NCBI GenBank assembly: GCA_963847655.1
Contig: CAWKAS010000002.1
Span: forward strand, 705,729-769,728
Length of the DNA stretch: 64,000 bases
From: an uncultured Acidobacteriota bacterium
Lineage (GTDB): Bacteria; Acidobacteriota; Vicinamibacteria; Fen-336
Direction: 5' to 3'
The notes under the pieces are model-generated. The model was given only the letters and a program-made list of their open reading frames with translations. It had not been told where the DNA came from and made no database searches. A program made the position numbers and the translations under genes. Positions 31,070 through 40,120 of this stretch are shown here, one piece after another; the first letter of the stretch is position 1, and each line of letters begins with the position of its first letter.

Positions 31070-31957
31070 GTGAACCAGGGATACGAGTACCGCGAGCGCG
31101 TCGGCCCCGACGCGTCCGGGCACACCGTCCTGGCTCACCTCGCGGAGCGATACCGCCACTCGAGCGAGGCGACCTGGCGCGCGCGACTCGCCGCGGGCGA
31201 GGTCCTCCTGGACGGCCAGGCCTCCGCCCCCACCGATACCCTGCGCGCGGGGCAATCCCTGGTCTGGCGCCGCCCACCCTGGGAGGAGCCAGAGGTGCCT
31301 CTGTCGTTTGCCGTGCTGCACCTGGACGAGCACCTCATTGCGGTGGCGAAGCCCCGCGGCCTCCCGACGATCCCTCACGGCGGCCTGTACCTCACCCACA
31401 CGCTCCTCCATCAGGTGCGCCGGAGATGGCCCGAGGCCACCCCCCTCCACCGCCTCGGCCGCGGCACCTCGGGCCTGGTCCTCCTGGCCCGGACGAAGGA
31501 CGCGCGGCGGGTCGTCACCACCGCGTGGCGCGAGGGCAAGGTCGAGAAGCTGTACCTCGCCCTCGTTTCCAGCGTCCCAAAAGAGGAGGCGTTCACGATC
31601 GAGACTCCGATCGGCCCCGTGCCCCACCCCCGCCTCGGCCAGGTCCACGCGGCCTCGGCGACGGGAAAGCCCTCGACGAGCCACGTCCGCTGCCTCGCGG
31701 TCCGAGACGAGCAGACCCTCGTGGAGGTGTCCATCCCCACCGGCCGCCCCCACCAGATCCGGATCCACCTGGCCGCGGCGGGCCACCCCCTGGTCGGCGA
31801 CCCCCTCTATGCCCGAGGCGGGGTCCCGCTCGCCGAGCCTGGCCTCCCCGGCGAAGGCGGCTTCTGGCTCCACTCCCACCGCCTCGCCCTCACCCACCCG
31901 GCCACCGGGGAGCGGATCGCGCTCGAATGCCCCCCACCTCCGTCCCTGCGGGCCTGA
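31070..31957 (+). CDS. RluA-family pseudouridine synthase
   Basis: HRLGRGTSGLVLLA (catalytic Asp motif HRLDxxTSG) is present. The start is GTG. Confidence 0.8.
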   Translation: MNQGYEYRERVGPDASGHTVLAHLAERYRHSSEATWRARLAAGEVLLDGQASAPTDTLRAGQSLVWRRPPWEEPEVPLSFAVLHLDEHLIAVAKPRGLPTIPHGGLYLTHTLLHQVRRRWPEATPLHRLGRGTSGLVLLARTKDARRVVTTAWREGKVEKLYLALVSSVPKEEAFTIETPIGPVPHPRLGQVHAASATGKPSTSHVRCLAVRDEQTLVEVSIPTGRPHQIRIHLAAAGHPLVGDPLYARGGVPLAEPGLPGEGGFWLHSHRLALTHPATGERIALECPPPPSLRA

Positions 31958-32044
31958 CCCGGACCTCCTGCGGCAGGCACCCGGGGTAGGCTGTCGTCGT
32001 CTCGAAGCACACGGCTCGCCTCTCCCCGGGCCGGGGAGGAAGAA

Positions 32045-33043
32045 ATGAGCCAACCCGAGACGCAGGGCGGCCCCCAGGGCCGCCCACCCAAGCTCCTCGA
32101 TCGTGCGCGAGCCACGCTCCGCGCACGCGACTACAGCCCCGCCACCGAGAAGAGCTACCTGGGCTGGATCCGACGCTTCCTCGCCTTCCACCGGTTCCGT
32201 CGTCCCGAAGAGATGGGAGCCCCCGAGATCACCGAGTTTGTGTCCTATCTCGCCACCGAGCGCGAGGTCGGCGCCTCCACCCAGAACCAGGCCCTGGCGG
32301 GTCTGCTGTTCCTCTATCGCGACGTCCTGGAACTCGAGGTCGCCGGACTCGACGGCGTGGTTCGTGCCAAGCGCCCCCAGCACCTGCCGCTGGTCCTCAC
32401 GCGGGACGAGGTCAACACCGTCCTGGCCCGGATGGAGGGCGTGCCCCGCCTGATGGCCAGCCTCCTGTACGCGTCCGGCCTGAGGGTGACCGAGTGCGCC
32501 TGCCTCCGCGTCAAGGACCTGGACTTCGCCCGCGGCGAGGTCGTCGTTCGGAACGGGAAGGGCTCCAGGGACCGCGTGACCGTCCTTCCCCGAGGCCTGA
32601 TGGAGCCCCTCCACCAACACCTCGGACGCATCCGGAGACAACACCAGACCGACCTCGCCAACGGGGCCGGCAGCGTGGGCTTGCCCTACGCCCTCGCTGA
32701 GAAGTACCCCAACGCCCACCGCGAGTGGCCCTGGCAGTGGTTCTTCCCGGCCAGGAGCGTCAAGCGTGACCGCAAGACCGGCCGTTGGCAGCGCTCCCAC
32801 GTCCACGTCTCCGTGGTCCAACGGGAGTTCGCTTTCGCCGTCCGGGCCACCGGCCTGAGCAAGCCCGCCACCCCGCACACCCTGCGCCACTCCTTCGCCA
32901 CCCACCTCCTCGAGGACGGATACGACATCCGCACCATCCAGGAGCTCCTGGGACACCGTGACGTGGCCACCACGATGATCTACACTCACGTCCTGAACCG
33001 CGGCGGGCGCGGCGTGAGGAGCCCGTTCGATGTCAAGGCCTGA
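32045..33043 (+). CDS. intI: integron integrase IntI
   Basis: A tyrosine-recombinase fold carrying the IntI-specific additional domain (…ALAEKYPNAHREWPWQWFFPARSVKRDRKTGRWQRSHVH…), plus R…HxxR…Y (HTLRHSFATHLL…IYTH). A GGGGAGGA RBS is present. Confidence 0.9.
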   Translation: MSQPETQGGPQGRPPKLLDRARATLRARDYSPATEKSYLGWIRRFLAFHRFRRPEEMGAPEITEFVSYLATEREVGASTQNQALAGLLFLYRDVLELEVAGLDGVVRAKRPQHLPLVLTRDEVNTVLARMEGVPRLMASLLYASGLRVTECACLRVKDLDFARGEVVVRNGKGSRDRVTVLPRGLMEPLHQHLGRIRRQHQTDLANGAGSVGLPYALAEKYPNAHREWPWQWFFPARSVKRDRKTGRWQRSHVHVSVVQREFAFAVRATGLSKPATPHTLRHSFATHLLEDGYDIRTIQELLGHRDVATTMIYTHVLNRGGRGVRSPFDVKA

Positions 33044-33129
33044 AACCGATCCCAGGGAGCCCCACCCACGGCAAGGCCCCCTCCATGGGGGAGCGCCTGA
33101 ACGACTCGTCACCCCCTTTCCCACCGCGC

Positions 33130-33219
33130 TCCCCCGCCGTCCCGCGCTTATCCCAACTGCCGTTATCCTCTATCCCAACTGGGATAATCTTTAGTGCAGT
33201 TGCTCAATGCCTGTTCGGC
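33130..33219 (+). promoter_or_regulatory. attI candidate: direct repeats TTATCCCAACTG (33148-33159, 33170-33181) plus core GTTCGGC (33213-33219)
   Basis: It lies between the intI stop and the first cassette. The CAATGCCTGTTCGGCAGGCATG palindrome contains a GTTRRRY-like crossover site. Confidence 0.4.
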
Positions 33220-33270
33220 AGGCATGCTGGGCGCGGAAACGCAGAGACAGCGCGATCTGTTCTTTGTTCC

Positions 33271-33732
33271 ATGGTGACACCCCGTGCAGCCATCGCCGTC
33301 GCCGTCTTGCCGCTGCTGTCCTGCCTTGCCGCCTGCAGTGCTCGGCGACCGCTAGCCACGGAGGGCTGCCCACTGCCTGCCGCCTTGCGAACTGGCTTGA
33401 CGCAGCAGGAGGTGCTCAACACCTCTGGGTTCAACTCGCCCATCGCGTGGGGCCAAGTGAGGGTCAGCACAGGACCGGATCAGCACGGCGTGTTTGCGTT
33501 CAGCATGCAGGCGGGAAGTACAACACCTCTGCGCTCGCCTGATGTGGCTTGGTTGTACGGACTGGAACCCCGGACGCACCAGAGGCTCCTGCTGCTAGAG
33601 TTCAGTGATGGGCGGGTGGCACATATCCGTTGTGGGCGGCTCGTGCCTCCTGGCGAAGTCACGTGGGCACCGTGTGGTGTCGTCCGGAGGGCTGCCGAAC
33701 AAGAGGATGCACCAGACGAAGCGCTGAGTTGA
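33271..33732 (+). CDS. cassette 1: hypothetical lipoprotein
   Basis: MVTPRAAIAVAVLPLLSCLAACSA (lipobox). The C-terminus runs into attC1. Confidence 0.5.
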   Translation: MVTPRAAIAVAVLPLLSCLAACSARRPLATEGCPLPAALRTGLTQQEVLNTSGFNSPIAWGQVRVSTGPDQHGVFAFSMQAGSTTPLRSPDVAWLYGLEPRTHQRLLLLEFSDGRVAHIRCGRLVPPGEVTWAPCGVVRRAAEQEDAPDEALS

Positions 33733-33796
33733 AGATGCTCAAGGATCGCTCTCGCGTCATCAATGTGCGCTTCGCAGGTGATCCTCGCTGTTCGGC
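33694..33796 (+). repeat. attC site 1
   Basis: GCCGAAC…GATGCACCAG…TTGAAGATGC…CATCAATGTGCGC…GCAGGTGATC…GTTCGGC. Confidence 0.8.
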
Positions 33797-33839
33797 GGAC
33801 TTCGCAGCCATCTAGGGCCTCTCGTTTCTCCGGAGACAC

Positions 33840-34259
33840 GTGATGTTGGTTCAACTTCGACGTTGGCGTGAGATCCCCTGGACGGCAATGCTCATCGCGG
33901 TACTCCTGTGGTCATGCTCCACCGGGCCCCGGGATCAGGAGGCGTCCGAGTGCACGCCCTGGATAGTCCAAGCGAGCGACAACCCTCTTGAAGTCACCCT
34001 TCTAGGTGGGCACTGGCATTTCGAAGGGAATGCGCTTCTCGTCGGCTGCCGAGAGGTCCTGGATACCCTGACCCCCGGAGAGCGCGAGAGGGTCGCGGAG
34101 GCGATCGTGGAGTTCGTCGCGGAGCAGCACCTGTACGTTCTCAAGCGGGCCGAGCGAGAGTTCCGGCTGGCTGTGGTCGCTGCGATTAACGAGGCCGTAG
34201 GCCGTACGATCATCTCCGATGTGTGGATGCAGTTCTCCTTTTCGGAGACTGACTTGTAG
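33840..34259 (+). CDS. cassette 2: hypothetical secreted protein
   Basis: The 139-aa product has an N-terminal hydrophobic segment. Confidence 0.45.
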   Translation: MMLVQLRRWREIPWTAMLIAVLLWSCSTGPRDQEASECTPWIVQASDNPLEVTLLGGHWHFEGNALLVGCREVLDTLTPGERERVAEAIVEFVAEQHLYVLKRAEREFRLAVVAAINEAVGRTIISDVWMQFSFSETDL

Positions 34260-34271
34260 TGCCAATGCGCC

Positions 34272-34375
34272 GCCGAACAACGGGATGCACCAGTCGGGGC
34301 GCTGGGTGTGAAGATGCCCCACGACGACCTTAACTTCATCAATGTGCGCCCCGCAGGTGATCCCGACTGTTATGC
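34272..34375 (+). repeat. attC site 2
   Basis: GCCGAAC…GTTATGC; same family. Confidence 0.8.
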
Positions 34376-34396
34376 GGACCTGACCCGGACCAGCCG

Positions 34397-34975
34397 ATGA
34401 CTGACGGCCAGTTTGCGGACCTGTTCTCCTTCTTGCGGGTCATCCCGCTAGCCGGGGTGGCTCTTCTCCTGGTCGAGTGGATTGCCTGGCTGGCGTTTCT
34501 CCCCGTCCCCTATCGGTGGGGCGTTCCGTATCTTCAGCGAACCTTGCAGGGCGCCAGCCGCGCCCTCCCCGAGGGCCGAACGAACTCCTCGGACATCGTC
34601 TTGGTGAGCGCGCGAGATGGCGAGTGGCTGTTTCGCCCTCCCTACCATCTGTTCAAGATAGCGACACCCTTTCCTTTGCTCGGCCAAGTGCGTCAGGAGG
34701 CAGATCGGCTTGCCGTCGTGGGACGCCATCCGTTCGGCGGCTTGCTGTTCTTCGGCGCGGTTGCGGCCCAGCAGGTGCTGGTTGGACTAGCACCCCTTCT
34801 CGTGCCGGCTGCGGCGGAGCGGGGCACTGCCATCGACCTCGCTGCGGTCGGCGTGGGCTTCTTCGTCCTGTTGTTCTTCTACGGCGGATCCTTGGCCCTT
34901 GAACGACACCGCCTTCTCAAAGCCGTCGCGGAAATAGCCAGACTGGCGGGCACCGAGGACCAGCGTGCCGCATAA
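34397..34975 (+). CDS. cassette 3: hypothetical membrane protein
   Basis: The 192-aa product has multiple hydrophobic helices. Its TAA stop lies inside the attC3 R'' core. Confidence 0.45.
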   Translation: MTDGQFADLFSFLRVIPLAGVALLLVEWIAWLAFLPVPYRWGVPYLQRTLQGASRALPEGRTNSSDIVLVSARDGEWLFRPPYHLFKIATPFPLLGQVRQEADRLAVVGRHPFGGLLFFGAVAAQQVLVGLAPLLVPAAAERGTAIDLAAVGVGFFVLLFFYGGSLALERHRLLKAVAEIARLAGTEDQRAA

Positions 34976-35073
34976 CGAGGCGATGCACCAGTCGGCGCGC
35001 TGGGTTTGAAGATGCCCCACGACGCCCCTAGCTTCATCAATGTGCGCGCCGCAGGTGATCGCGCCTGTTCGGC
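34970..35073 (+). repeat. attC site 3
   Basis: GCATAAC…GTTCGGC. Confidence 0.75.
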
Positions 35074-35095
35074 CGACAGAGTGTGAGGCGCAAGC

Positions 35096-35647
35096 GTGAA
35101 CGTGGCGAGATGGGTGCTTCTCGTCCTAGCCGCGGGCGGGACGTTCGTCCTTTCACTGACGGGGCTCCTTCTCATTCTTGGGCTCCTAGACTGGTTGCCA
35201 CCCGAGCTGCCCGACGAGGTCCTGCCGTGGTTTGGACTGTGTGTCATCGCTGTGCCCCTTGCTGCGGCTGCGTGGACGGCCCGTCGCTTGACGACGCGGT
35301 GGCGCTCCCCAGTTCCCCGTGGGGGCCGTTGGCGAAGGCCACTTCTGTGGGCCACAGCCGTTGCGTACATGGTGACTGCCTTCGTTGGCACACCGGCGGT
35401 GCTGAGCGAGCAGACAGCATGGGCGGTGTCGGAGTACAAGAGAAAGAAGGAGTCGGGCTCTCGCCGAGTGTGGGACGCTCATCCATACATCAGGAGCCAC
35501 ATGGCTGTTCCGGTAGCCCCCCTACTCATCGTCAACTACCATGAATACGTCATCGATGGGCTCTATGGTTTCGGTGGTTTCGAGCTCACCCTCTGGTATG
35601 TCTTCGGTGTGAAGTCAGTGGTCGCCGTGCCACTGTGGGTGTCGTAG
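35096..35647 (+). CDS. cassette 4: hypothetical membrane protein
   Basis: The 183-aa product has a GTG start and is hydrophobic. Confidence 0.45.
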   Translation: MNVARWVLLVLAAGGTFVLSLTGLLLILGLLDWLPPELPDEVLPWFGLCVIAVPLAAAAWTARRLTTRWRSPVPRGGRWRRPLLWATAVAYMVTAFVGTPAVLSEQTAWAVSEYKRKKESGSRRVWDAHPYIRSHMAVPVAPLLIVNYHEYVIDGLYGFGGFELTLWYVFGVKSVVAVPLWVS

Positions 35648-35657
35648 GCAGCGTGCG

Positions 35658-35761
35658 GCCGAACGAGGCGATGCAGCAGTCGAGGCGCTGAAGTTGAAGA
35701 TGCTCCACGACGCGTCTATCGTCATCAATGTGCGCCTCGCAGCTGATCGCTGCTGTTCTGC
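35658..35761 (+). repeat. attC site 4
   Basis: GCCGAAC…GTTCTGC. Confidence 0.8.
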
Positions 35762-35776
35762 GGACCTCGTTGGCAG

Positions 35777-36205
35777 ATGGCTATAAGAGTTGCACGACTC
35801 GTCGTCCTGGTTGCCGGCCTTGCGGCAATCATTGCAATCGTAGCGACGAGTCTTGACCAGAACGCGTACTTCTTCTATCGCCATCAGGATCGTAGCCAAT
35901 GGGAGTATCCAACCGGTGGGGTGGCGTTCCTTGTAGTCATGACCGCACTCGAGACAGCGATTGCCTACGCCGTGTTCGCCATCAGGGCGCGCGGGCGAGT
36001 TTGGATGCGGGCTCTTGGCGGTCTCGCGCTGCTGATGCCGTGGAATGTTGTCGCGAGCCAGTTCGTCGTGCATGCCCCTGGCTTCTGGCTGCTGCATCTC
36101 CTGTGGCTCTGGCTTCTGATAGCGATCCTTGCACTCGCGACCTTGATCTCGGGTACTGTCCACCTCTACTCTTGGCGCCGGGCGAGGGGTACTGTCGATG
36201 CGTGA
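35777..36205 (+). CDS. cassette 5: hypothetical membrane protein
   Basis: The 142-aa product has four predicted TM helices. Confidence 0.45.
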   Translation: MAIRVARLVVLVAGLAAIIAIVATSLDQNAYFFYRHQDRSQWEYPTGGVAFLVVMTALETAIAYAVFAIRARGRVWMRALGGLALLMPWNVVASQFVVHAPGFWLLHLLWLWLLIAILALATLISGTVHLYSWRRARGTVDA

Positions 36206-36211
36206 CCGGCC

Positions 36212-36315
36212 GCAGAACGAGGCGATGCACCAGTCGGCGCGCTGGAGTTGAGGGTGCTCCACGACGCCCCCAACTTCATCCATGTGCGCGCCGCAGGTGA
36301 TCGCGGCTGTTCGGC
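36212..36315 (+). repeat. attC site 5
   Basis: GCAGAAC…GTTCGGC. Confidence 0.75.
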
Positions 36316-36382
36316 GGACCCCGCGGGGGGCTGCAACCAGACCATTTGATGGTCGTGACGAACCGCTCGAAAGGAGGGGCCT

Positions 36383-36778
36383 ATGACCCGCTGGCTGGGT
36401 AGGTACTCAGACTTGACGTACGCTGTCATGCGCGTGGTTGTTGGACTTCTCTTCGCATGCCACGGAGCGCAGAAGCTCTTCGGCGTTCTCGGAGGAGAGA
36501 GTCAACTGTCTAACCCCATGATGCTTGCCGCTGGGGCTATCGAGTTCACTGGCGGACTTCTGGTGGCGGTCGGACTGTGGGCCGGTTACGCAGCGTTCAT
36601 CTCAAGTGGGCAGATGGCGGTCGCGTATTTCATGGTGCACGCTTCTGGCGGGTTCTGGCCTATCGTCAACAAGGGTGAGCTTGCCGTTCTCTACTGTTTC
36701 GTCTTTCTGTTCATCGCTTCCAGAGGGTCGGGTAGCTGGAGTGTCGACGGCATGGTGAGCAAGAAGAATCCCTCCTGA
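36383..36778 (+). CDS. cassette 6: DoxX-family membrane protein
   Basis: The 131-aa product has an AAGGAGG RBS. It is identical to the copy at 38167. Confidence 0.6.
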   Translation: MTRWLGRYSDLTYAVMRVVVGLLFACHGAQKLFGVLGGESQLSNPMMLAAGAIEFTGGLLVAVGLWAGYAAFISSGQMAVAYFMVHASGGFWPIVNKGELAVLYCFVFLFIASRGSGSWSVDGMVSKKNPS

Positions 36779-36808
36779 GGCCCATGGCACACGCCGGATG
36801 AGGCAGCC

Positions 36809-36912
36809 GCCGAACAAGGGGATGCACCAGTCGGGGCGCTGGGTTTGAAGATCCTCCACGATGAGCTTAGCTTCATCAATGTGCGCCCCGCAGGTGATCC
36901 CGACTGTTCGAC
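36809..36912 (+). repeat. attC site 6
   Basis: GCCGAAC…GTTCGAC; identical to attC9. Confidence 0.8.
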
Positions 36913-37079
36913 GGACACGAGGCGGGACGGGGCATGACCCAGGTCCACGTTCTCAGACTGGCCATCGTCGCTGCTGTCTTGGCCTCCTCTGCCATCGCAG
37001 CCGGTGCCCGCACGTGTGCAGTGTGGCCCTTTCGCACGTTTCAGGAACGGCTCGCTGGCCTTTCAACCGAGTCCTCGTC

Positions 37080-37484
37080 GTGCGGGTCCTGGAGCAGCAC
37101 TTCCTGCCCTTCTACGAGGGTCGTATCTGCTATCGGCTAGATGTGGAGCTCCTAGAGGACATCAATGGGATAGAGCTACGGCCGGTGGTGCGGATCGTGT
37201 CTGACGAGCCGTTCGCAGTGGTGGGGCTAGAGGGCGAGTATGATGCGTTTCCTGAGGGAACCGAATGGGCCCTGCTAGTGGGCAGGATCCCCGCCGCGGG
37301 CCTGCTCGAGCATTCAGGCGACTGGGGTGACGACGTCACGATGATCGACTACTACTACTCGCCTTGCCGCGGTGACTCAATCCAGTTGGTGACACCCGAA
37401 GACCACACGACAGGAGTGTTGGCCGCGGTGCGAGCCGAGTGGCGTGCCCGCATCGAGCGCGCCATGAAGCGTCATGCCGAGTAG
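37080..37484 (+). CDS. cassette 7: hypothetical protein, start uncertain (possible frameshift; a signal-peptide-like ORF at 36934..37140 lies in another frame)
   Basis: …VLEQHFLPFYEGRICYRLDVELLEDINGIEL… is protein-like only from ~37060. The upstream part of track ORF 36861 lies inside attC6. Confidence 0.3.
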   Translation: MRVLEQHFLPFYEGRICYRLDVELLEDINGIELRPVVRIVSDEPFAVVGLEGEYDAFPEGTEWALLVGRIPAAGLLEHSGDWGDDVTMIDYYYSPCRGDSIQLVTPEDHTTGVLAAVRAEWRARIERAMKRHAE

Positions 37485-37492
37485 CAGCAGCC

Positions 37493-37595
37493 GTCGAACG
37501 AAGCGATGCACCAGCCAGGGCGCTGAGTTGAAGACACTCCACGACGACCCCAGCTTCACCAATGTGCGCCCTGCAGGTGATCGCAGCTGTTGGAC
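37493..37595 (+). repeat. attC site 7
   Basis: GTCGAAC…GTTGGAC. Confidence 0.7.
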
Positions 37596-37609
37596 GGACT
37601 GAGGCAGGA

Positions 37610-37990
37610 GTGACACGAAGCACACTTTTCCTGGTCGCGGTCTTGACAATGGCTTGTGCCTCTTCGCCGCGCCAGCGGGCGGCCGCTGCAAACGCGGAGA
37701 CCCAGGGCGACGTCGGCGATCCAGGGGTCTATCCTGAGTCGGTCACGCCATGCTTGGCCGCGATGACGGCGGTCGACGTCCCTGTGGAAGTCAACCTGAT
37801 GACCGCGACTGAGCAGGGTGAGAGCTGCGCGATATCAATCTGGTTCGAGACCGAGACCGATCTTGAGGCGTTTGTTCAGCACCGTGTCGCAGCGGGGCTT
37901 TCAGCAAAGTCGGTTCCGTTCAGGGGAACCTCCGGCGAAACAACGTGGATCCCACTGGAACTACAGGTGGGCGGCACCGTGGAGCATTAG
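37610..37990 (+). CDS. cassette 8: hypothetical secreted/lipoprotein
   Basis: The GTG start follows a GGAGGCAGGAG RBS. The product begins VTRSTLFLVAVLTMACASS…. Confidence 0.4.
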   Translation: MTRSTLFLVAVLTMACASSPRQRAAAANAETQGDVGDPGVYPESVTPCLAAMTAVDVPVEVNLMTATEQGESCAISIWFETETDLEAFVQHRVAAGLSAKSVPFRGTSGETTWIPLELQVGGTVEH

Positions 37991-37996
37991 GGGGCC

Positions 37997-38099
37997 GTCC
38001 AACGATGGGATGCACCAGACGGGGCGCTGCGTTGAAGATGCTCCACGACGACCCTAGCTTCATCAATGTGCGCCCCGCAGGTGATCCCGGCTGTTCGGC
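37997..38099 (+). repeat. attC site 8
   Basis: GTCCAAC…GTTCGGC. Confidence 0.75.
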
Positions 38100-38166
38100 G
38101 GACCCCGCGGGGGGCTGCAACCAGACCATTTGATGGTCATGACGAACCGCTCGAAAGGAGGGGCCT

Positions 38167-38562
38167 ATGACCCGCTGGCTGGGTAGGTACTCAGACTTGA
38201 CGTACGCTGTCATGCGCGTGGTTGTTGGACTTCTCTTCGCATGCCACGGAGCGCAGAAGCTCTTCGGCGTTCTCGGAGGAGAGAGTCAACTGTCTAACCC
38301 CATGATGCTTGCCGCTGGGGCTATCGAGTTCACTGGCGGACTTCTGGTGGCGGTCGGACTGTGGGCCGGTTACGCAGCGTTCATCTCAAGTGGGCAGATG
38401 GCGGTCGCGTATTTCATGGTGCACGCTTCTGGCGGGTTCTGGCCTATCGTCAACAAGGGTGAGCTTGCCGTTCTCTACTGTTTCGTCTTTCTGTTCATCG
38501 CTTCCAGAGGGTCGGGTAGCTGGAGTGTCGACGGCATGGTGAGCAAGAAGAATCCCTCCTGA
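38167..38562 (+). CDS. cassette 9: DoxX-family membrane protein (exact duplicate of cassette 6)
   Basis: The 131-aa product is identical, and the whole cassette 38100-38696 matches 36316-36912. Confidence 0.6.
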   Translation: MTRWLGRYSDLTYAVMRVVVGLLFACHGAQKLFGVLGGESQLSNPMMLAAGAIEFTGGLLVAVGLWAGYAAFISSGQMAVAYFMVHASGGFWPIVNKGELAVLYCFVFLFIASRGSGSWSVDGMVSKKNPS

Positions 38563-38592
38563 GGCCCATGGCACACGCCGGATGAGGCAGCC

Positions 38593-38696
38593 GCCGAACA
38601 AGGGGATGCACCAGTCGGGGCGCTGGGTTTGAAGATCCTCCACGATGAGCTTAGCTTCATCAATGTGCGCCCCGCAGGTGATCCCGACTGTTCGAC
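38593..38696 (+). repeat. attC site 9
   Basis: GCCGAAC…GTTCGAC. Confidence 0.8.
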
Positions 38697-38736
38697 AGAC
38701 TGCGTCGTTGATCAACGACAGGCTGCGTAGAACCTC

Positions 38737-39192
38737 ATGGCGTCAGGAGACAGAAGCCGCACCTGGTTCCCCGAGATGATTGAGGAGCTTCGGGCATCCT
38801 GGGACTCCGGCATGTCCTGCGAGCAGATGATCGCGCTCCGTGATCGTCTCCAAGAGATGCTTGAAGGCATCCTCACATCCCGCAACGTTGTGCCGGCAAC
38901 CATGCGCTGCCCATGCTGCGGCACCGTGGGGCCAGGGGGCCCGCCGGTCGTGTCCGTCCGGGCGATGTTGCTGTCCTTGCGACGCTTCGAGATCGAGTCT
39001 CCGGAGGCCGTGCGGAGTCTCGAGAAGATGTGGGCGGACCATCGGAAGGCCCACGATCTAGACCTATACGGCAAGCCTGCCGTGTCTGCGGGAAAGGGTT
39101 CATCCCTGGCGTCAGGCCAGACGGTACGGGAAGTAGGTACGATGGGCCGGAGCGTGAACAAGGCGATGCACCAGCCGAAGCGCTGGGATTGA
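38737..39192 (+). CDS. cassette 10: hypothetical protein with a CPCCG motif
   Basis: 151 aa. The C-terminus is encoded by attC10. Confidence 0.4.
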   Translation: MASGDRSRTWFPEMIEELRASWDSGMSCEQMIALRDRLQEMLEGILTSRNVVPATMRCPCCGTVGPGGPPVVSVRAMLLSLRRFEIESPEAVRSLEKMWADHRKAHDLDLYGKPAVSAGKGSSLASGQTVREVGTMGRSVNKAMHQPKRWD

Positions 39193-39256
39193 AGATGCCC
39201 CACGATCCTCTGTTCTTCATCAATGTGCGCTTCGCAGGTTATCGCTGCTGTTGTGC
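39153..39256 (+). repeat. attC site 10
   Basis: CGTGAAC…GTTGTGC. Confidence 0.7.
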
Positions 39257-39311
39257 GGACTCATTGAAGGTGTTGCGTACTAGCCGTGTTCCTTCGGCCC
39301 GTAGGTGACCA

Positions 39312-39503
39312 GTGGGATTACTGCTACTGCCTCTCCTCATGCTTCAGGGTGGACCCCCTTCTCATTCGAACGACGAGCCTCCAGCGATCGCCGCAACCGT
39401 CCGACATGTAGCGGCCGAGCTCGCGCAGTCACTGTGCAAGAAGGAGGCATGCGATGTGTCGATTGCCGGCGGTGTCCCGCGGGCGACCTGCTACATCTCC
39501 TAG
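39312..39503 (+). CDS. cassette 11: candidate small secreted protein (weak; the cassette may be ORF-less)
   Basis: MGLLLLPLLMLQGG… (63 aa). Alternative ORFs exist on both strands, and none is convincing. Confidence 0.2.
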   Translation: MGLLLLPLLMLQGGPPSHSNDEPPAIAATVRHVAAELAQSLCKKEACDVSIAGGVPRATCYIS

Positions 39504-39762
39504 CCAAGATTCCAGGGGTGTCGCCACTTCCCGCAGCCGAGGCAGACCGTCAGCTGGGCGCCACGGTGATCGATGTCTTCGCTCGATAGAGTTCGACGCG
39601 CCGGACGAGGCTGAGGTTGGAGTCGACGTCCTCCGTAGATGGGGACATTCTCTTCAGCAAGTGTTGGTATCGAGTCGCACGCCGGGAGGGCGACTGGCGA
39701 GTCAATGACGGTGTTCCGCCCTGTGCGATCATGTGAATCGCACGTGGCCATCTGGGGACGCC

Positions 39763-39866
39763 GCACAACGAGGGGATGCACCAGACAAGGCGCTGGTTGT
39801 GAAGATGCTCTACGACGCCTCTTTCGTCATCAATGTGCGCCTTGCAGGTGATCCCGTCTGTTCTGC
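39763..39866 (+). repeat. attC site 11
   Basis: GCACAAC…GTTCTGC. Confidence 0.75.
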
Positions 39867-39913
39867 GGACCTTGTCGAAAAACCGCGCTAGAATCGTCAC
39901 GTAAGGAGCCCAT

Positions 39914-40120
39914 GTGCGGTTCAAGGTCGAGTTCGAGCAGGAAGAGGATGGCCGGTGGATCGCCGAAGTGCCTGATCTGCCTGGCGTTTTGGCCTATGGT
40001 GCGGACCGTGCGGAGGCCCAAGCCAAGGTTCAGGCCCTGGCCCTGCGGGTCGTGGCCGAGCGGCTTGAACATGGCGAGGCTGGCCCGGAGCTCTTGGACA
40101 TCTCCTTTCAAGCTGCGTGA
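39914..40120 (+). CDS. hicB: cassette 12: HicB-family antitoxin
   Basis: MRFKVEFEQEEDGRWIAEVPDLPGVLAYGADRAEA… The GTG start follows a TAAGGAG RBS. Confidence 0.7.
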   Translation: MRFKVEFEQEEDGRWIAEVPDLPGVLAYGADRAEAQAKVQALALRVVAERLEHGEAGPELLDISFQAA

